From assembly GCA_963823555.1 (NCBI GenBank), contig CAWGMA010000004.1, forward strand, positions 480,001 to 544,000: a stretch of 64,000 nucleotides of DNA. The letters are read 5' to 3'. The notes under the pieces are model-generated. The model saw only the letters and a program-made list of their open reading frames with translations. It ran no database searches and was not told the DNA's origin. Position 1 is the stretch's first letter. Each line of letters begins with the position of its first letter. The position numbers and the translations under genes were made by a program. This document shows, piece after piece, positions 1-10,330 of this stretch. Origin of the DNA: Candidatus Eiseniibacteriota bacterium. Its GTDB lineage: Bacteria; Eisenbacteria; RBG-16-71-46; CAVPCR01.

Positions 1-542
1 AAGCACCCATGGTGAGGCGGATCCGGTGTGCACTTGCGGTCGCCGCCGCCGAAGGGGCCCGACACGCCGAACAGCTCGCTGACGACGATGAGACCGCGGG
101 AATCGGCTGCGCTCAGGAACGCTGCGAAGTTGTCCCAGAAGCGCGGATCGAACCGGGTCAGGTCGAAGCGCCCGCCACCATCGGCTGCGATCCTGCCGCC
201 GCCCGTGCGCGCGTAGGGCATGGGGGTCGCCGGTGAGCCATGGTTCTGGATCCAGCCATCGGCGATGGCGAGCGCGCGCACGGTGTTGAGTCCGTGATCC
301 GTGGCGTAGTCGAGGACACGCCGCCAGTCGCCTTGCTCGGGAGTCATGAAGCGATAGCTGCCGATGGCGAAGACGGGATTGCCGTGAACGTCGGTGAGGT
401 AGCGCGGGTTCAGCGCATACGGCCGCACACCGCTCAGAGGAGCAGGATCGGCGGGCTGAGCCTTCGGCGCGCACTGGAAGAGGGTGGCGCTAGCGATGAA
501 CACCACGAGGAACGTCACGATCCTCCGTCCGAAGAGCTCCAT
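1..542 (-). CDS. Secreted glycoside-hydrolase-like TIM-barrel protein (DUF4038/apiosidase-like), truncated at the window edge
   Basis: Translated by hand (absent from the ORF track because it has no stop): MELFGRRIVTFLVVFIASATLFQC signal, then NPRYLTDVHGNPVF, GLNTVR and FDLTRFDPRFWDNFAAFLSAADSRGLIVVSELF. Confidence 0.6.
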   Translation of the reverse strand, partial: MELFGRRIVTFLVVFIASATLFQCAPKAQPADPAPLSGVRPYALNPRYLTDVHGNPVFAIGSYRFMTPEQGDWRRVLDYATDHGLNTVRALAIADGWIQNHGSPATPMPYARTGGGRIAADGGGRFDLTRFDPRFWDNFAAFLSAADSRGLIVVSELFGVSGPFGGGDRKCTPDPPHHGC

Positions 543-611
543 GGTGCTTCCGGTGGGGGGTCTCGCGGTCGGTTCTTCGAGTTTCATGATGGCCTCTCGA
601 GGCCGGCCCGC

Positions 612-1430
612 TCAGAGGCGATGCGCGCCCAGGAAGCGTTCGATGGCGGCGTTCACGGTCTCCGGTTGCTCGAGCGGCGCCAGGTGGCCAGCCCCCGGAA
701 TCTCGACCAGATCCGCGTTGGGGATGGCCGCGGCCATTTCCCGAGCCAGCTTTGGCGGCGTCACGTTGTCATCGCTGCCGACGAGGATGAGCGTGGGGCA
801 GGAGATGGCGGCCAGCATCGGCCTGACATCGGGACGCGCGGCCATGCCTTCGAGCGCGCCGACGACACCATCGGTCGATGTGCCGAGGATCATTTCCCGG
901 GTGAGCTCGATCGTGGCCGGGTCCACCTGGCGGCCGCCGACGAGGCGATCGAGCAGCTGATCGGCGATCGCCGCCACGCCATCGCGGCGCACGCGGGCAG
1001 ACTGGTCGGCGCGCGCCCCCCGCACCTCAGGAGTGTCGGCTCCGGCCTGGGTGTCGAGGAGCATGAGGGCGCGGAGCCTCTCGGGGTAGCGCAGAGCGAA
1101 GGCCAGGGCCACGTAGCCACCCATCGACAGGCCGGCGAGCACGACCTGGTCGAGAGCGAAGTGGTCCATGATCTGCCTGAGGTCCTCGGCCAGGCGCACC
1201 ATCGAGTAGGGAGGCGGCCCGGGCTCGCTCTCTCCGTGCCCGCGGAGATCGGGGAGAAGGAGCCGGCGCGGAGCGAGTCCAGACTGCTGGCCCCGCCACA
1301 TCCGGCGGTCGAACGGGAAGCCGTGCACCAGAAGGAGTGGAACCCCGGGTCCGCGCCGTTCCTCGACGGCGATCTCCGCATCGCCGATGGCGAGCCGGTG
1401 CACGATCGCGCTCCCGTTCGGTGAGGTCAT
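612..1430 (-). CDS. Alpha/beta hydrolase (3-oxoadipate enol-lactonase-like)
   Basis: VHGFP oxyanion motif, PDLRGHG, GLSMGG nucleophile elbow, GSDD and AGHL catalytic motifs. Confidence 0.9.
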   Translation of the reverse strand: MTSPNGSAIVHRLAIGDAEIAVEERRGPGVPLLLVHGFPFDRRMWRGQQSGLAPRRLLLPDLRGHGESEPGPPPYSMVRLAEDLRQIMDHFALDQVVLAGLSMGGYVALAFALRYPERLRALMLLDTQAGADTPEVRGARADQSARVRRDGVAAIADQLLDRLVGGRQVDPATIELTREMILGTSTDGVVGALEGMAARPDVRPMLAAISCPTLILVGSDDNVTPPKLAREMAAAIPNADLVEIPGAGHLAPLEQPETVNAAIERFLGAHRL

Positions 1431-1448
1431 GGCGCCTCCCATTCGGGA

Positions 1449-1808
1449 TCAGATCCGCTCGATCGCCGCCGGCAACAAGACGAGCACCACGCAGCCATCA
1501 CGGCTCGCCGGACGATGGGCCGATCCCGGTGGATAATACACGTAGTCGCCGCTCTCGTAGGTGTGGTCGCCGTCCTCGAGCGTGCCGGAGAGGACGAAGT
1601 ACTCCTCGCCTCCCGGATGGCGGTGTGCTGCGTAGTCGGCGCCTGGAGCGAAGCGAAGAAGCAGGGTGAGACCGCCTCCCTCGGGGTGCCGGCGCAAGAC
1701 CTTGTAATCGACTCCCGACACATCGGGAAAGGAGCGCCAGGGGATACCATCGGTGTCGACATGGATGAAACCTGGGGCCCGGTTTCCGGTGCGCATGGGT
1801 TCGGTCAT
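1449..1808 (-). CDS. ChrR-like cupin domain protein
   Basis: LLRFAPGADYAAHRHPGGEEYFVLSG and YYPPGSAH cupin motifs. Confidence 0.88.
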   Translation of the reverse strand: MTEPMRTGNRAPGFIHVDTDGIPWRSFPDVSGVDYKVLRRHPEGGGLTLLLRFAPGADYAAHRHPGGEEYFVLSGTLEDGDHTYESGDYVYYPPGSAHRPASRDGCVVLVLLPAAIERI

Positions 1809-2011
1809 GGCTCATGCCTCCTGGAGCGATGAGGAGCGAGCGTAACACAGAGGGAGGGCGGGCAAAGACGGCGGGGACGGCCGCTCGGGCTCACGCTTCC
1901 CTGCTTGCTCCATCCGGCCAGGAAGGCGACAATGCATCGCGTCGATCCGGTCGGGTCGAGCCCTCTCCGGCCGGCGAGCCAAGACTCCCGCCCCACGCAA
2001 GGAGACTGCGC

Positions 2012-3352
2012 ATGGAGCGCGAAGATCTCGAGTCGGTGCTCGATGATATTCGCTATCTCGCCGAGCACGAGGACGTCTCGAAGGTCCTCACCGTGCTCCT
2101 CGGCGCCCACCCCGCCGATGTCGCCGATATTGTGCGGCACCTGCCGGAGGATCTGGGACGCTATGTCTTCGGTCTCCTCGACGACGAACGCGCGTCCGAT
2201 GTCCTGCTCGAGCTCGACGACTTCTCCCGGGAGCGGCTCGCCGCCGGCCTCGATCGCGAGCGTCTGTCCGCGCTCATCGACGTCATGGATTCCGATGACG
2301 CGGCTGATGTCGTGTCCGATCTTCCGCCCAATGTCGCCGAGTCGGTTCTCGAGACGATACCCGCCGAGGATTCGGCCGAAGTCCGGGAGCTCCTCCAGCA
2401 CGAGGAGGACACGGCCGGCGGGCTCATGCAGCTCGAGCTCGTGGCGGTCCCGCAAGGGAGCACGGTCGACGAGGCCATTCGCGATGTGCGGCGGCACGCC
2501 GGGACCATCGAGCGCATCTACGATCTCTACGTCATCGACGAGGCCGGGCGCCTGCGTGGCGTGCTCTCCCTCGATCGGCTCCTGGCCGCTGCCGGCAATG
2601 TGCGCGTCGACACCATCATGGATCCCGACGCCATCGTGGTGAAGGCCGGAGTGGATCAGGAGGAAGTGGCCAAGCTCTTCAAGCGCTACGATCTCATCGC
2701 CCTTCCAGTCGTCGACGAGGAGGACAAGCTCGTCGGTCGGATCACCGTCGACGATGTCATCGATGTCGTGGTCGACGAGGCCTCCGAGGACATGCGCCGC
2801 CTGGCCGGTGTCGGAGAGGAGGAGTACCGGGAGACATCGCCCTTCCGCATCTCTCGCGCGCGCTTGCCGTGGCTTCTTCTCGGGCTCACGGGGGGGGTGG
2901 GATCGGCGGCGCTGCTCTCTCGCTTCGAGGGGTCGCTCGCTCGCAACCTGCCGCTTGCCTTCTTCGTGCCCGTGGTGACCGCGATGGGCGGCAACATCGG
3001 GATCCAGTCATCCGCGATCGTGATCAGCGGTCTGGCGAGCGGCGAGATCAGCTTGCGCGATTCGGGCCGCCGGATCCTGCAGGAACTGCGCGTGGGGCTC
3101 GTGAATGCGGTCGTGCTGGGGCTGGCCATCGCGCTCGTCGCGTCGCCCTGGCAGGGAACCGACATCGGAATGGTGGTGACCGCCGCCCTGGTCACCGTCA
3201 TTCTCTCGGCCTCCTTCATCGGATCGACGGTGCCTCTGGTCCTGCACCGATTGGGGCTCGATCCGAGCCTCGCCACCGGTCCTTTCATCACCGCCTCCAA
3301 CGATGTCTTCGGCCTCGTCGTCTATATGACCATCGCCGGGGTCCTGCGATGA
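2012..3352 (+). CDS. mgtE: Magnesium transporter MgtE
   Basis: HPADVAD N-domain, EDTAGGLM, CBS pair, RLPWL, MGGNIG, DPSLATGPFIT; AAGGAG RBS before ATG 2012. Confidence 0.95.
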   Translation: MEREDLESVLDDIRYLAEHEDVSKVLTVLLGAHPADVADIVRHLPEDLGRYVFGLLDDERASDVLLELDDFSRERLAAGLDRERLSALIDVMDSDDAADVVSDLPPNVAESVLETIPAEDSAEVRELLQHEEDTAGGLMQLELVAVPQGSTVDEAIRDVRRHAGTIERIYDLYVIDEAGRLRGVLSLDRLLAAAGNVRVDTIMDPDAIVVKAGVDQEEVAKLFKRYDLIALPVVDEEDKLVGRITVDDVIDVVVDEASEDMRRLAGVGEEEYRETSPFRISRARLPWLLLGLTGGVGSAALLSRFEGSLARNLPLAFFVPVVTAMGGNIGIQSSAIVISGLASGEISLRDSGRRILQELRVGLVNAVVLGLAIALVASPWQGTDIGMVVTAALVTVILSASFIGSTVPLVLHRLGLDPSLATGPFITASNDVFGLVVYMTIAGVLR

Positions 3353-4125
3353 AGCTCGCTACCTGGAACGTGAACTCGATCCGGGCCCGCCGCGAGCGGG
3401 TCCTCGACTGGATCCGTGCCAACGAGCCCGATGTGCTCTGCCTGCAGGAGCTGAAGACCGAGGAGCGGGATTTCCCGCGCGAGGACTTCCGCGCACTCGG
3501 TTATGAGGCTGCGGTCCACGCGCAGCGCACCTACAATGGCGTGGCCATACTCTCCCGCTCGCCGCTTGCGGATATCGAGCGCGGGTTCGGCGACGGTGGC
3601 GATGAATCGCAGGCACGTTTCGTCGCGGCGACGACGGCTGGTGGCATCCGGGTCATGTCGGTGTACGTGCCGAACGGCGAGGCGGTCGGTTCCGAGAAGT
3701 TCGCCTACAAGCTCGCCTGGTGCGAGCGGCTCGTGGCCTACCTTGCTGGGCGCCTCACTCCCGATGCGCCCGGTGCCGTGTGTGGCGACTTCAATGTGGC
3801 CCCAGCCGAGATCGATGTCCACGACCCGGCCTCGTGGCAGGGCCATGTGCTGTTCTCTGCGGAGGAGCGGGCGGCCTTCCGGCGGATCATCGACTGCGGA
3901 CTGGTCGACATTGTGCGCCAGCTGAATCCCCGGGAGCCGATGTACTCCTGGTGGGACTACCGGCAGCTCGCCTTCCCGAAGAACCGCGGGCTCAGGATCG
4001 ATCACCTGCTATTGACACCGGCGCTCGCTCGGCGCGCCGCAGCGGCGCATGTCGACCGCAATGCGCGCAAGGGCAAGCTGCCGAGCGACCACGCCCCGGT
4101 CGTGGTCGAGGTCGCCGCCGCCTAG
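3349..4125 (+). CDS. xth: Exodeoxyribonuclease III
   Basis: MKLATWNVNSIR, LCLQELK, YNGVAILS, GDFN, YSWWDYR, GLRIDH, SDHAPV; ATGA overlap with the mgtE stop. Confidence 0.96.
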   Translation: MKLATWNVNSIRARRERVLDWIRANEPDVLCLQELKTEERDFPREDFRALGYEAAVHAQRTYNGVAILSRSPLADIERGFGDGGDESQARFVAATTAGGIRVMSVYVPNGEAVGSEKFAYKLAWCERLVAYLAGRLTPDAPGAVCGDFNVAPAEIDVHDPASWQGHVLFSAEERAAFRRIIDCGLVDIVRQLNPREPMYSWWDYRQLAFPKNRGLRIDHLLLTPALARRAAAAHVDRNARKGKLPSDHAPVVVEVAAA

Positions 4126-6500
4126 CGCACGAGCACCGCCTTCTCGACGGCGGTCCCGTGTCCCGGCTGCGCCAGCCGGAAGAAGTAGATGCCGGAGGAG
4201 GCCGGGCGTCCAGCGGCATCGAGGCCGTCCCAGGTGAAGTGATGGCGGCCGGCGCCGAGCATCCCGGGTGCGAGCTGCCGCACCTGGCGCCCGCTCGCAT
4301 CGAAGATGGCCAGCGTGACGAGGCCCCGTCCCGGCAGCACGAAATCGATCGCCGCCGACGGGTTGAACGGATTCGGACGGACGGGGAACAGCTGCAGCAG
4401 CTGCTGCGGCACGGCCGCTTCCGGCGCGGTCACGCCAGCGGTGGCAACGGGCAGGCTGCCCGACACGACGATGGCGTAGCCCTGCCGCTCGGACACGACC
4501 TGCCGGGCATGCACGTTGATCGTGTAGGTGCCCGGGGCCGGCGCCGACAGGAACACCACCTCCACGTTGTTGAGGGGGTCGAAGTCGCCTCCGGTCGCCG
4601 ATTCACCCCCGCTGAAGACGTTGCCCCTGTAGATGGGGGCCCCGGCGTCCAGGCCGGCGATCACCTCGAGATCCAGGTCGTTCACCGGCGTGTATCCGGC
4701 GCCGAGCGCGGCCGGCTCGTCGGTGAAGACGAGCGTGATCTTGAGCGGGTCGGTGCCGATGACCTCGATCTCGTGGGTGGCCATCTCATCCGTGGCGAGC
4801 CCGTAGGCGTGTCGCACGTCGACGACCTGGAGCCCGCGGCTATCGCCGTCGAAGTAGAGTGTGTTGTCGAGCAGGATCCGGCCCCAGCCCTCGCGATCGC
4901 TCGGGTAGCCGGTGACCCCGGTCATGTCGACCGTCGAGTTGACGAGTGCGGCCTTGGTCAGCGCGGCGGTGGGAATGAACGCGTCGCCGGCGGTTGGAAT
5001 CCCGCTCGGGTAGACCCCGGTCTCGAAGTACTGGCGTACGAGTGCTGCCGTGCCCATCACGGCGGGGCAGGCCATGCTGGTTCCGGTGAGCGATGTGGTG
5101 GCGCAGGTGCCGCTCGAGGACGAGACGATGCCGACCCCCGGGGCATAGACCTCCGGCTTCCGCCTGCCGTCCGCCGTCGGTCCGGCACCGCCCGAGCCGT
5201 GGTTCATCTGATTCGGAGCCTGGCGCGTGGCGCCGACCGCGAGGCAGTTCTTGGCGTTCTCGGGTGTCTTGAGCAGCGACAGGTTGGTCACCGCGAAGGC
5301 GACCAGGTTGTCCTCGAAGAGCCGGCTGAACAGATCGATGTCCCGGCACCATGCCGTGTAGGCCGTCGTCCCATCGTCTCCCCAGGAGTTGGTGTGGACG
5401 CGGGCGCCGTCCTCGGCGGCATAGGTCAGGTACTCGATGAAGTTGGACGGGCCGCCGCCCCAGCCGGTGACATCGCTGGAGTTGGCGTGCGAGATGCGCG
5501 CCCTGTAGGCGATGCCATTGTTCGAGAGGGTGCCGTTGATCGGTTCCTGGTCCCCGGCGATCGTGCAGGCGGTATGGGTGCCGTGAAGATCGGTGCCGTA
5601 TCCCGTGCTCGAGCGATAGGCGACGAGCTTGCGATGGAGCGGACCCGGGGTGTTGTCGATCGGATCGATGAAGTAGCAGCTGTTGCGGTTCAAGCGGCCG
5701 TCGATGTGCCCCACGATCTGCCCTTCCCCGGTCAAGCCGTGGTCCCAGAGCGGGGTGATCCCGGAGAGGTTCGACTGCACGACCCAGCGCGTGATGTTGT
5801 TGCGGAGCGCGAACTCCCCGAACTCCTCGAGCCACTGGATGCCTCGGATGTGCGCCAGGTCCGGGATCCGTTCGCGCGCGATCCGGACGCGGAGGCGATG
5901 GACGTGGGCGCCATCGGCGAGCCCCACGATCTCGCCGCCCACGGCCTCGACTTGAGCCGCGATGCCGAGGGGGTCTTCCCCGGCGAAGATATCGGCGGTG
6001 ATCCAGGACAGCGGATCGGCGCGGCGGGCAGGATCGGCGAAGACGCGCTCCCCGATCGCGGGCGAGAGGCGGTAGGCGGGCTCGTAGAGCCCGATCCACT
6101 GCACCTCAGGTTCAACGGCGAGCGCGGCCACCGCATCCGGGGCGAGGCGGACGAGCAACGCGTGGTTCGGGATGTAGTCGAGGATGTCTCCGTTCGCGCG
6201 TTCGATCGCCGAGCGGAACGCCGGGCCGATCGGGCCTCTGCCCTGCACGATGTAGTACTCGTGGTCGGGGAATGGGGCGGGTGCTGTACGGGTGCGCAGG
6301 CCGGCCGGAACGTCGGGGCCAACGCGGGTGTCGAAACGGGCGGCGGCGAGCAGGATCAGGTGGGGATCGGAGGCTCTGGCCCGCGCCTCGGCCGCGAGCG
6401 GGGAGCCCGATCCGGAATCGGCCTGGGCCACACCAGCCACGATGAAGAGGCCAAGGGCGAGAGACACAAGGGCGAGCGCAAGGCGGGCGCGATCGGGCAT
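4122..6500 (-). CDS. Secreted S8 subtilase with C-terminal FlgD-Ig/sorting domain
   Basis: Signal peptide; catalytic triad motifs GHIDG, HGTH, GTSMA; NSWG; C-terminal PNPFNP...IFDASGRQVR...WDGLD...SSGIYF. Confidence 0.93.
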   Translation of the reverse strand: MPDRARLALALVSLALGLFIVAGVAQADSGSGSPLAAEARARASDPHLILLAAARFDTRVGPDVPAGLRTRTAPAPFPDHEYYIVQGRGPIGPAFRSAIERANGDILDYIPNHALLVRLAPDAVAALAVEPEVQWIGLYEPAYRLSPAIGERVFADPARRADPLSWITADIFAGEDPLGIAAQVEAVGGEIVGLADGAHVHRLRVRIARERIPDLAHIRGIQWLEEFGEFALRNNITRWVVQSNLSGITPLWDHGLTGEGQIVGHIDGRLNRNSCYFIDPIDNTPGPLHRKLVAYRSSTGYGTDLHGTHTACTIAGDQEPINGTLSNNGIAYRARISHANSSDVTGWGGGPSNFIEYLTYAAEDGARVHTNSWGDDGTTAYTAWCRDIDLFSRLFEDNLVAFAVTNLSLLKTPENAKNCLAVGATRQAPNQMNHGSGGAGPTADGRRKPEVYAPGVGIVSSSSGTCATTSLTGTSMACPAVMGTAALVRQYFETGVYPSGIPTAGDAFIPTAALTKAALVNSTVDMTGVTGYPSDREGWGRILLDNTLYFDGDSRGLQVVDVRHAYGLATDEMATHEIEVIGTDPLKITLVFTDEPAALGAGYTPVNDLDLEVIAGLDAGAPIYRGNVFSGGESATGGDFDPLNNVEVVFLSAPAPGTYTINVHARQVVSERQGYAIVVSGSLPVATAGVTAPEAAVPQQLLQLFPVRPNPFNPSAAIDFVLPGRGLVTLAIFDASGRQVRQLAPGMLGAGRHHFTWDGLDAAGRPASSGIYFFRLAQPGHGTAVEKAVLVR

Positions 6501-6708
6501 GGAGCGGGCCTCCGCGTTTGGGGGATCGCTGCGGCCCGATCCCGGCTGGTAGGACGAAACAGACCAACTCTATTGTAGCATGCCGGCACCCGGGACGGCG
6601 CGGTTCGATGCTAGGATGCGCGGGTCGAGCCCGCAGGGGCGCATCCGCTTCGGGCCTCGCAGCGGAAGCCCGGCCGAGAGCACTGTACCGACGCGGAGGT
6701 CTTTCCTT

Positions 6709-7842
6709 TTGGCTAGCAGCACCGGCACTCTCTTTCGCGCCACCACCTTCGGTGAATCGCACGGCGGCGCCGTCGGGGTGGTCGTCGACGGTTGTCCGCC
6801 GCAGTTGCCGATCACGCGGGAGGAGATCCAGGCCGACCTCGATCGTCGACGGCCCGGCCAGAGCCACATCACGACGGCGCGCGCCGAGGAGGACCGAGTC
6901 CATATCCTCTCCGGGGTCGACGCTGAGGTCACGCTCGGCACGCCGATCGCTCTCGTCGTGGGCAATCGGGACGCGCGTCCCCAGGATTACACCGAGCTCG
7001 GCCGCGTTTACCGGCCTTCCCACGCCGACTACACCTACGAGGCCAAGTACGGCATCCGCGCCGTCGCCGGCGGCGGCCGCGCGAGTGCACGGGAGACCAT
7101 CGGGCGAGTTGCGGCGGGAGCGATTGCCCGCAAGCTCCTCGCGGCGCGGTCTGGAGTCGAAGTCGTGGGCTGGGTGAGACAGGTGCAGCGCGTCGTGGCG
7201 GACGATATCGACTCGCGCCGGGTGACCCGCGCCAAGGTCGAGGCCTCGATCGTACGCTGCCCGGACCCGGCGGTTGCCGCCAGGATGATCCGCCTGATCG
7301 AGCGCACACGGAAGCGCGGGGATTCGGTCGGGGGAGTGGTCGAGTGCGTTGCGCGCGGTGTGCCGCCCGGTCTCGGTGAGCCGGTGTTCGACAAGCTCGA
7401 GGCGGATCTCGCCAAGGCGGTGATGTCTCTCCCCGCGGCCAAGGGGTTCGAGATCGGCTCAGGATTCGCCGGCACCTTGCTCACCGGATCCGCCCACAAC
7501 GATCCCTTCTATGCGAGATCAGGCCGGGTGCGAACCCGGACCAACCGTTCCGGCGGCGTGCAGGGCGGGATCTCGAACGGGGAGGACATCCTGATCCGGG
7601 TCGCCTTCAAACCGACGGCGACGATCGCGCTGGCTCAGGAGACCGTCGATCGGGGGGGCAGGGCCCGAACGCTCCGCGGCCGGGGTCGACATGATCCCTG
7701 TGTTCTCCCCCGTGCGGTGCCCATGGTGGAAGCGATGGTGCTCCTCGTCCTCGCGGACCACTGGCTACGGCAGGCGGCCCTCATCGCGGGGCGGCCAGCC
7801 ACCCGGTCCGGGCGCCCCGCCCGCTCCCGGGCCGGGCGTTAG
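6709..7842 (+). CDS. aroC: Chorismate synthase
   Basis: [51 protein letters not shown] start after GGAGGT. Confidence 0.97.
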   Translation: MASSTGTLFRATTFGESHGGAVGVVVDGCPPQLPITREEIQADLDRRRPGQSHITTARAEEDRVHILSGVDAEVTLGTPIALVVGNRDARPQDYTELGRVYRPSHADYTYEAKYGIRAVAGGGRASARETIGRVAAGAIARKLLAARSGVEVVGWVRQVQRVVADDIDSRRVTRAKVEASIVRCPDPAVAARMIRLIERTRKRGDSVGGVVECVARGVPPGLGEPVFDKLEADLAKAVMSLPAAKGFEIGSGFAGTLLTGSAHNDPFYARSGRVRTRTNRSGGVQGGISNGEDILIRVAFKPTATIALAQETVDRGGRARTLRGRGRHDPCVLPRAVPMVEAMVLLVLADHWLRQAALIAGRPATRSGRPARSRAGR

Positions 7843-7977
7843 CTCCCGGAGCCCGGGACGCCCAAGAACAACGGCGTCCCGCCGGCGATCCGGCTTCCCT
7901 GCCCTGGCCACTGGGATAACTTGATACTGGATAACAGCTTGAGCCCAATCCCGGGTCCCGGCAGGAGAGGCTGGGCG

Positions 7978-8016
7978 GTGGGGCGCTGTTGGCGGAATGC
8001 CCCACTTTTCTTCTTT
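7978..8016 (+). terminator. Probable intrinsic terminator after aroC
   Basis: GTGGGGC/GCCCCAC stem followed by TTTTCTTCTTT. Confidence 0.55.
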
Positions 8017-8229
8017 ACTGGCTCAAGCCGCTCCGCCAACCGGCCGATCTGTCTCAGCGAGGGCGCAAGGAACGCGCAGCGCGCGAGTACCCGCCGCAGA
8101 GGTTCCTCCCCTCGATCCCGTCCGGTCCCACGTGCGGTCGTACGCGAGCCGGGCACGAGACAAGGAGTACCGTCCCGCACCTTGGCGGGCCGGGGTCGGG
8201 TGGTACCCCGACTAGCCATGGAGTTCAAA

Positions 8230-8775
8230 ATGACGAAAGGACTCTTCCTCACGGTCGCCTTCAGCCTGGCCCTGGTGGGTGCGGCGATGGCAGCTCCGGC
8301 GATGACGGGCAAGGGGCCGATGTCCCTTACCTTCGAGGCGAATCCCGAATCGCCCCTCATCCTCTTCGGGTGGAACATCGCCGACATGACCAAGTTCAAC
8401 ATCGGTGCCGGCTTCGTGAACTCGGAGCCGGGTGTCGAGATCACCGAACAGCCGTTGCAGACCGAGTCTGATACGAGCTGGCAGTTCCAGACCGGCGTCA
8501 ATCGCTACCTGGGCTCGATCTCGAACAACATGTTTGCACCGTACTTCGGCGCCCAGCTGAACCTGCGGGACTACGGCTCGAACTATGACACCTCGTACGC
8601 GGTTCGCGGGTACTTCGGCGTCGAGGCCTTCGTCGTCGATGCCCTCTCGATTGGCGGTAACATCGGCCTCGAGTGGCAGCAGGACGGCGATTACGTGCTG
8701 GGGGACCAGACCTACAAGGGTGATTCGTCCGTCGGCACGGGTGTGTCGTCGATCCTCGCAACGCTCTACTGGTAG
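8230..8775 (+). CDS. Small outer-membrane beta-barrel protein
   Basis: Signal peptide, alternating amphipathic strands (PYFGAQL, YFGVEAFV, LSIGGNIG), terminal aromatic ILATLYW. Confidence 0.75.
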   Translation: MTKGLFLTVAFSLALVGAAMAAPAMTGKGPMSLTFEANPESPLILFGWNIADMTKFNIGAGFVNSEPGVEITEQPLQTESDTSWQFQTGVNRYLGSISNNMFAPYFGAQLNLRDYGSNYDTSYAVRGYFGVEAFVVDALSIGGNIGLEWQQDGDYVLGDQTYKGDSSVGTGVSSILATLYW

Positions 8776-8863
8776 CCGGGAGCTACCCGTGGTGGCGGGG
8801 GGAGCCCCGCCAAGCGGGGCTAGAGGACGCATAGCGAACTTCACGGGCGAGCGTGCTCGCAAC

Positions 8864-8906
8864 AAACGGGGGAGGTGCTCTCGAGAGGAGCTCCTCCCCC
8901 TGTTTC
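8864..8906. terminator. Hairpin between convergent genes (likely bidirectional terminator)
   Basis: AAACGGGGGAGGTGCTC...GAGCTCCTCCCCCTGTTT inverted repeat with A/T flanks. Confidence 0.6.
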
Positions 8907-9525
8907 ATTGGGCACGCCGCGGCGGGATCAGGCGTACCAGCTGGAAGATGTGGGTGTGCCCGTCGGACTCCAGGGACTCGACGATGACCGAGTCGCATTC
9001 CCTCAAGTCGATGAGCTGGTCCGGAGTGACGACGACGGTGTGGGTGTGCCCGCTCGCCGAGGTCGTCGTGTAGTTGCGAACTCCAGTCGGGTCGTTCATG
9101 TCGGCCGCTGGCACCGTCATCGAGTGGCGGTGGCCCGTCAAGTCGAAGTCGGACTGGGCCGTGATGTCCGAGGCCAGGTCGGGCAGGTGAATGAGCCAGA
9201 CATGCCGGTGCCCGGCATTTTCGCTCGACTCCTTGGTCACCGAACAGCCCAGGCTCAGGCGGTCGATCTCATCTGCTGAGAGCTGGACCTCGTGGGTGTG
9301 TCCCACGTTGCTCGCGGTGTAGGTATGGTCCCCACCGCCGGCGATGTCCGCATCCGGAATGATGATGGTATGGCTGTGACCGGTCCCGTCCGGAAGCGAG
9401 GAGAACGTCTCCGCTGTCGTATCCGGCCCCGTGCCTCCGTCATCGCTGCAGCCGAGCTGACGGAAGATGAGGGGCATCGTCGCCCCGCCGATCGCCACCC
9501 GCACCAAGAACTCGCGCCGCTTCAT
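8905..9525 (-). CDS. Tat-signal lipoprotein with six GHxH motifs (putative metal-binding)
   Basis: MKRREFL twin-arginine motif, LGC lipobox, two repeated units each with three GHxH. Confidence 0.75.
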   Translation of the reverse strand: MKRREFLVRVAIGGATMPLIFRQLGCSDDGGTGPDTTAETFSSLPDGTGHSHTIIIPDADIAGGGDHTYTASNVGHTHEVQLSADEIDRLSLGCSVTKESSENAGHRHVWLIHLPDLASDITAQSDFDLTGHRHSMTVPAADMNDPTGVRNYTTTSASGHTHTVVVTPDQLIDLRECDSVIVESLESDGHTHIFQLVRLIPPRRAQ

Positions 9526-9676
9526 CGTATCGCCTCCGGGTAGGTTGATTCGCGCTCATGGGCCGGTAGCGTGGGCACCGGCGATTCAGCACACTCTCTT
9601 TCGCGACGGCATTCGACACTAGCAGGGCCTGCCGCGCCGGGGCAAGCGATCGCCCGCCGCAGGTGCATCGCGGGCA

Positions 9677-10330
9677 TCAACCCAGTGGCCGCAGGACAGC
9701 CCGCACCGGAGAAGCCTCCACTCCGGACAGGCGCAGCGGCAGCGCAATCAGCTCGTAGCGCCCGGCGCGGACCGGGCCGAAATCGAGTCCTTCGAGGATC
9801 GCCACGCCGCCGGAGAGAAGGCAGCGGTGCACCGGGAGATCGATGGCCCCGGCTCGATCCACGGACGGCGCATCGAGGCCCACGATACGCACGCCCGCCC
9901 GCACGAGCATGGCGGCGGCCTCGAGGGTCAGGTGCGCATAGCTCGGAGAGAACTCGTCGGGTGCCGGACCGCGCCGCGTGCGCAGGAGCAGCCGCTCGAC
10001 GCCCTCGAGGTCGCAAGCGGCCAGTGCCGCTCCATCCACCGCCGGAACGCCCTCGAGATCGACCACCGTGGCGGGCCCGATGAAGATCGACAGATCGAGC
10101 GACGCGATATCGGCCCCGCCGGCCAGGAGGTGGAGCGGCGCGTCGACATGGGCGCCGAGATGAGGCGTCAGGGTGATCGCCGAGAGGTTCGTCGATTCCC
10201 CGCGCTCGGTGTTCTGGGTCCAGGAGACGCGGAGGGGCGAGTCGCCGGGCCACACCGGAGTGGAGAGCGAAAGCACGGGGCTGAGATCGATCACTTGAGG
10301 AGCAGTCTGTTCCAGAGGCCGGTCGGCCAT
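9677..10330 (-). CDS. Cyclase family metal hydrolase (kynurenine formamidase KynB-like)
   Basis: IDLS, PVWPGD, HLGAHVDAPLH, GLDAPSVD, ILEGL, ASPVRAV. Confidence 0.9.
   Translation of the reverse strand: MADRPLEQTAPQVIDLSPVLSLSTPVWPGDSPLRVSWTQNTERGESTNLSAITLTPHLGAHVDAPLHLLAGGADIASLDLSIFIGPATVVDLEGVPAVDGAALAACDLEGVERLLLRTRRGPAPDEFSPSYAHLTLEAAAMLVRAGVRIVGLDAPSVDRAGAIDLPVHRCLLSGGVAILEGLDFGPVRAGRYELIALPLRLSGVEASPVRAVLRPLG

Noticed and set aside
3720..6578. 952-aa plus-strand ORF (likewise 30388-32760, 40099-41769 and 50686-53598)
   Set aside because: Antisense shadows of well-supported genes, typical of high-GC DNA; no motifs
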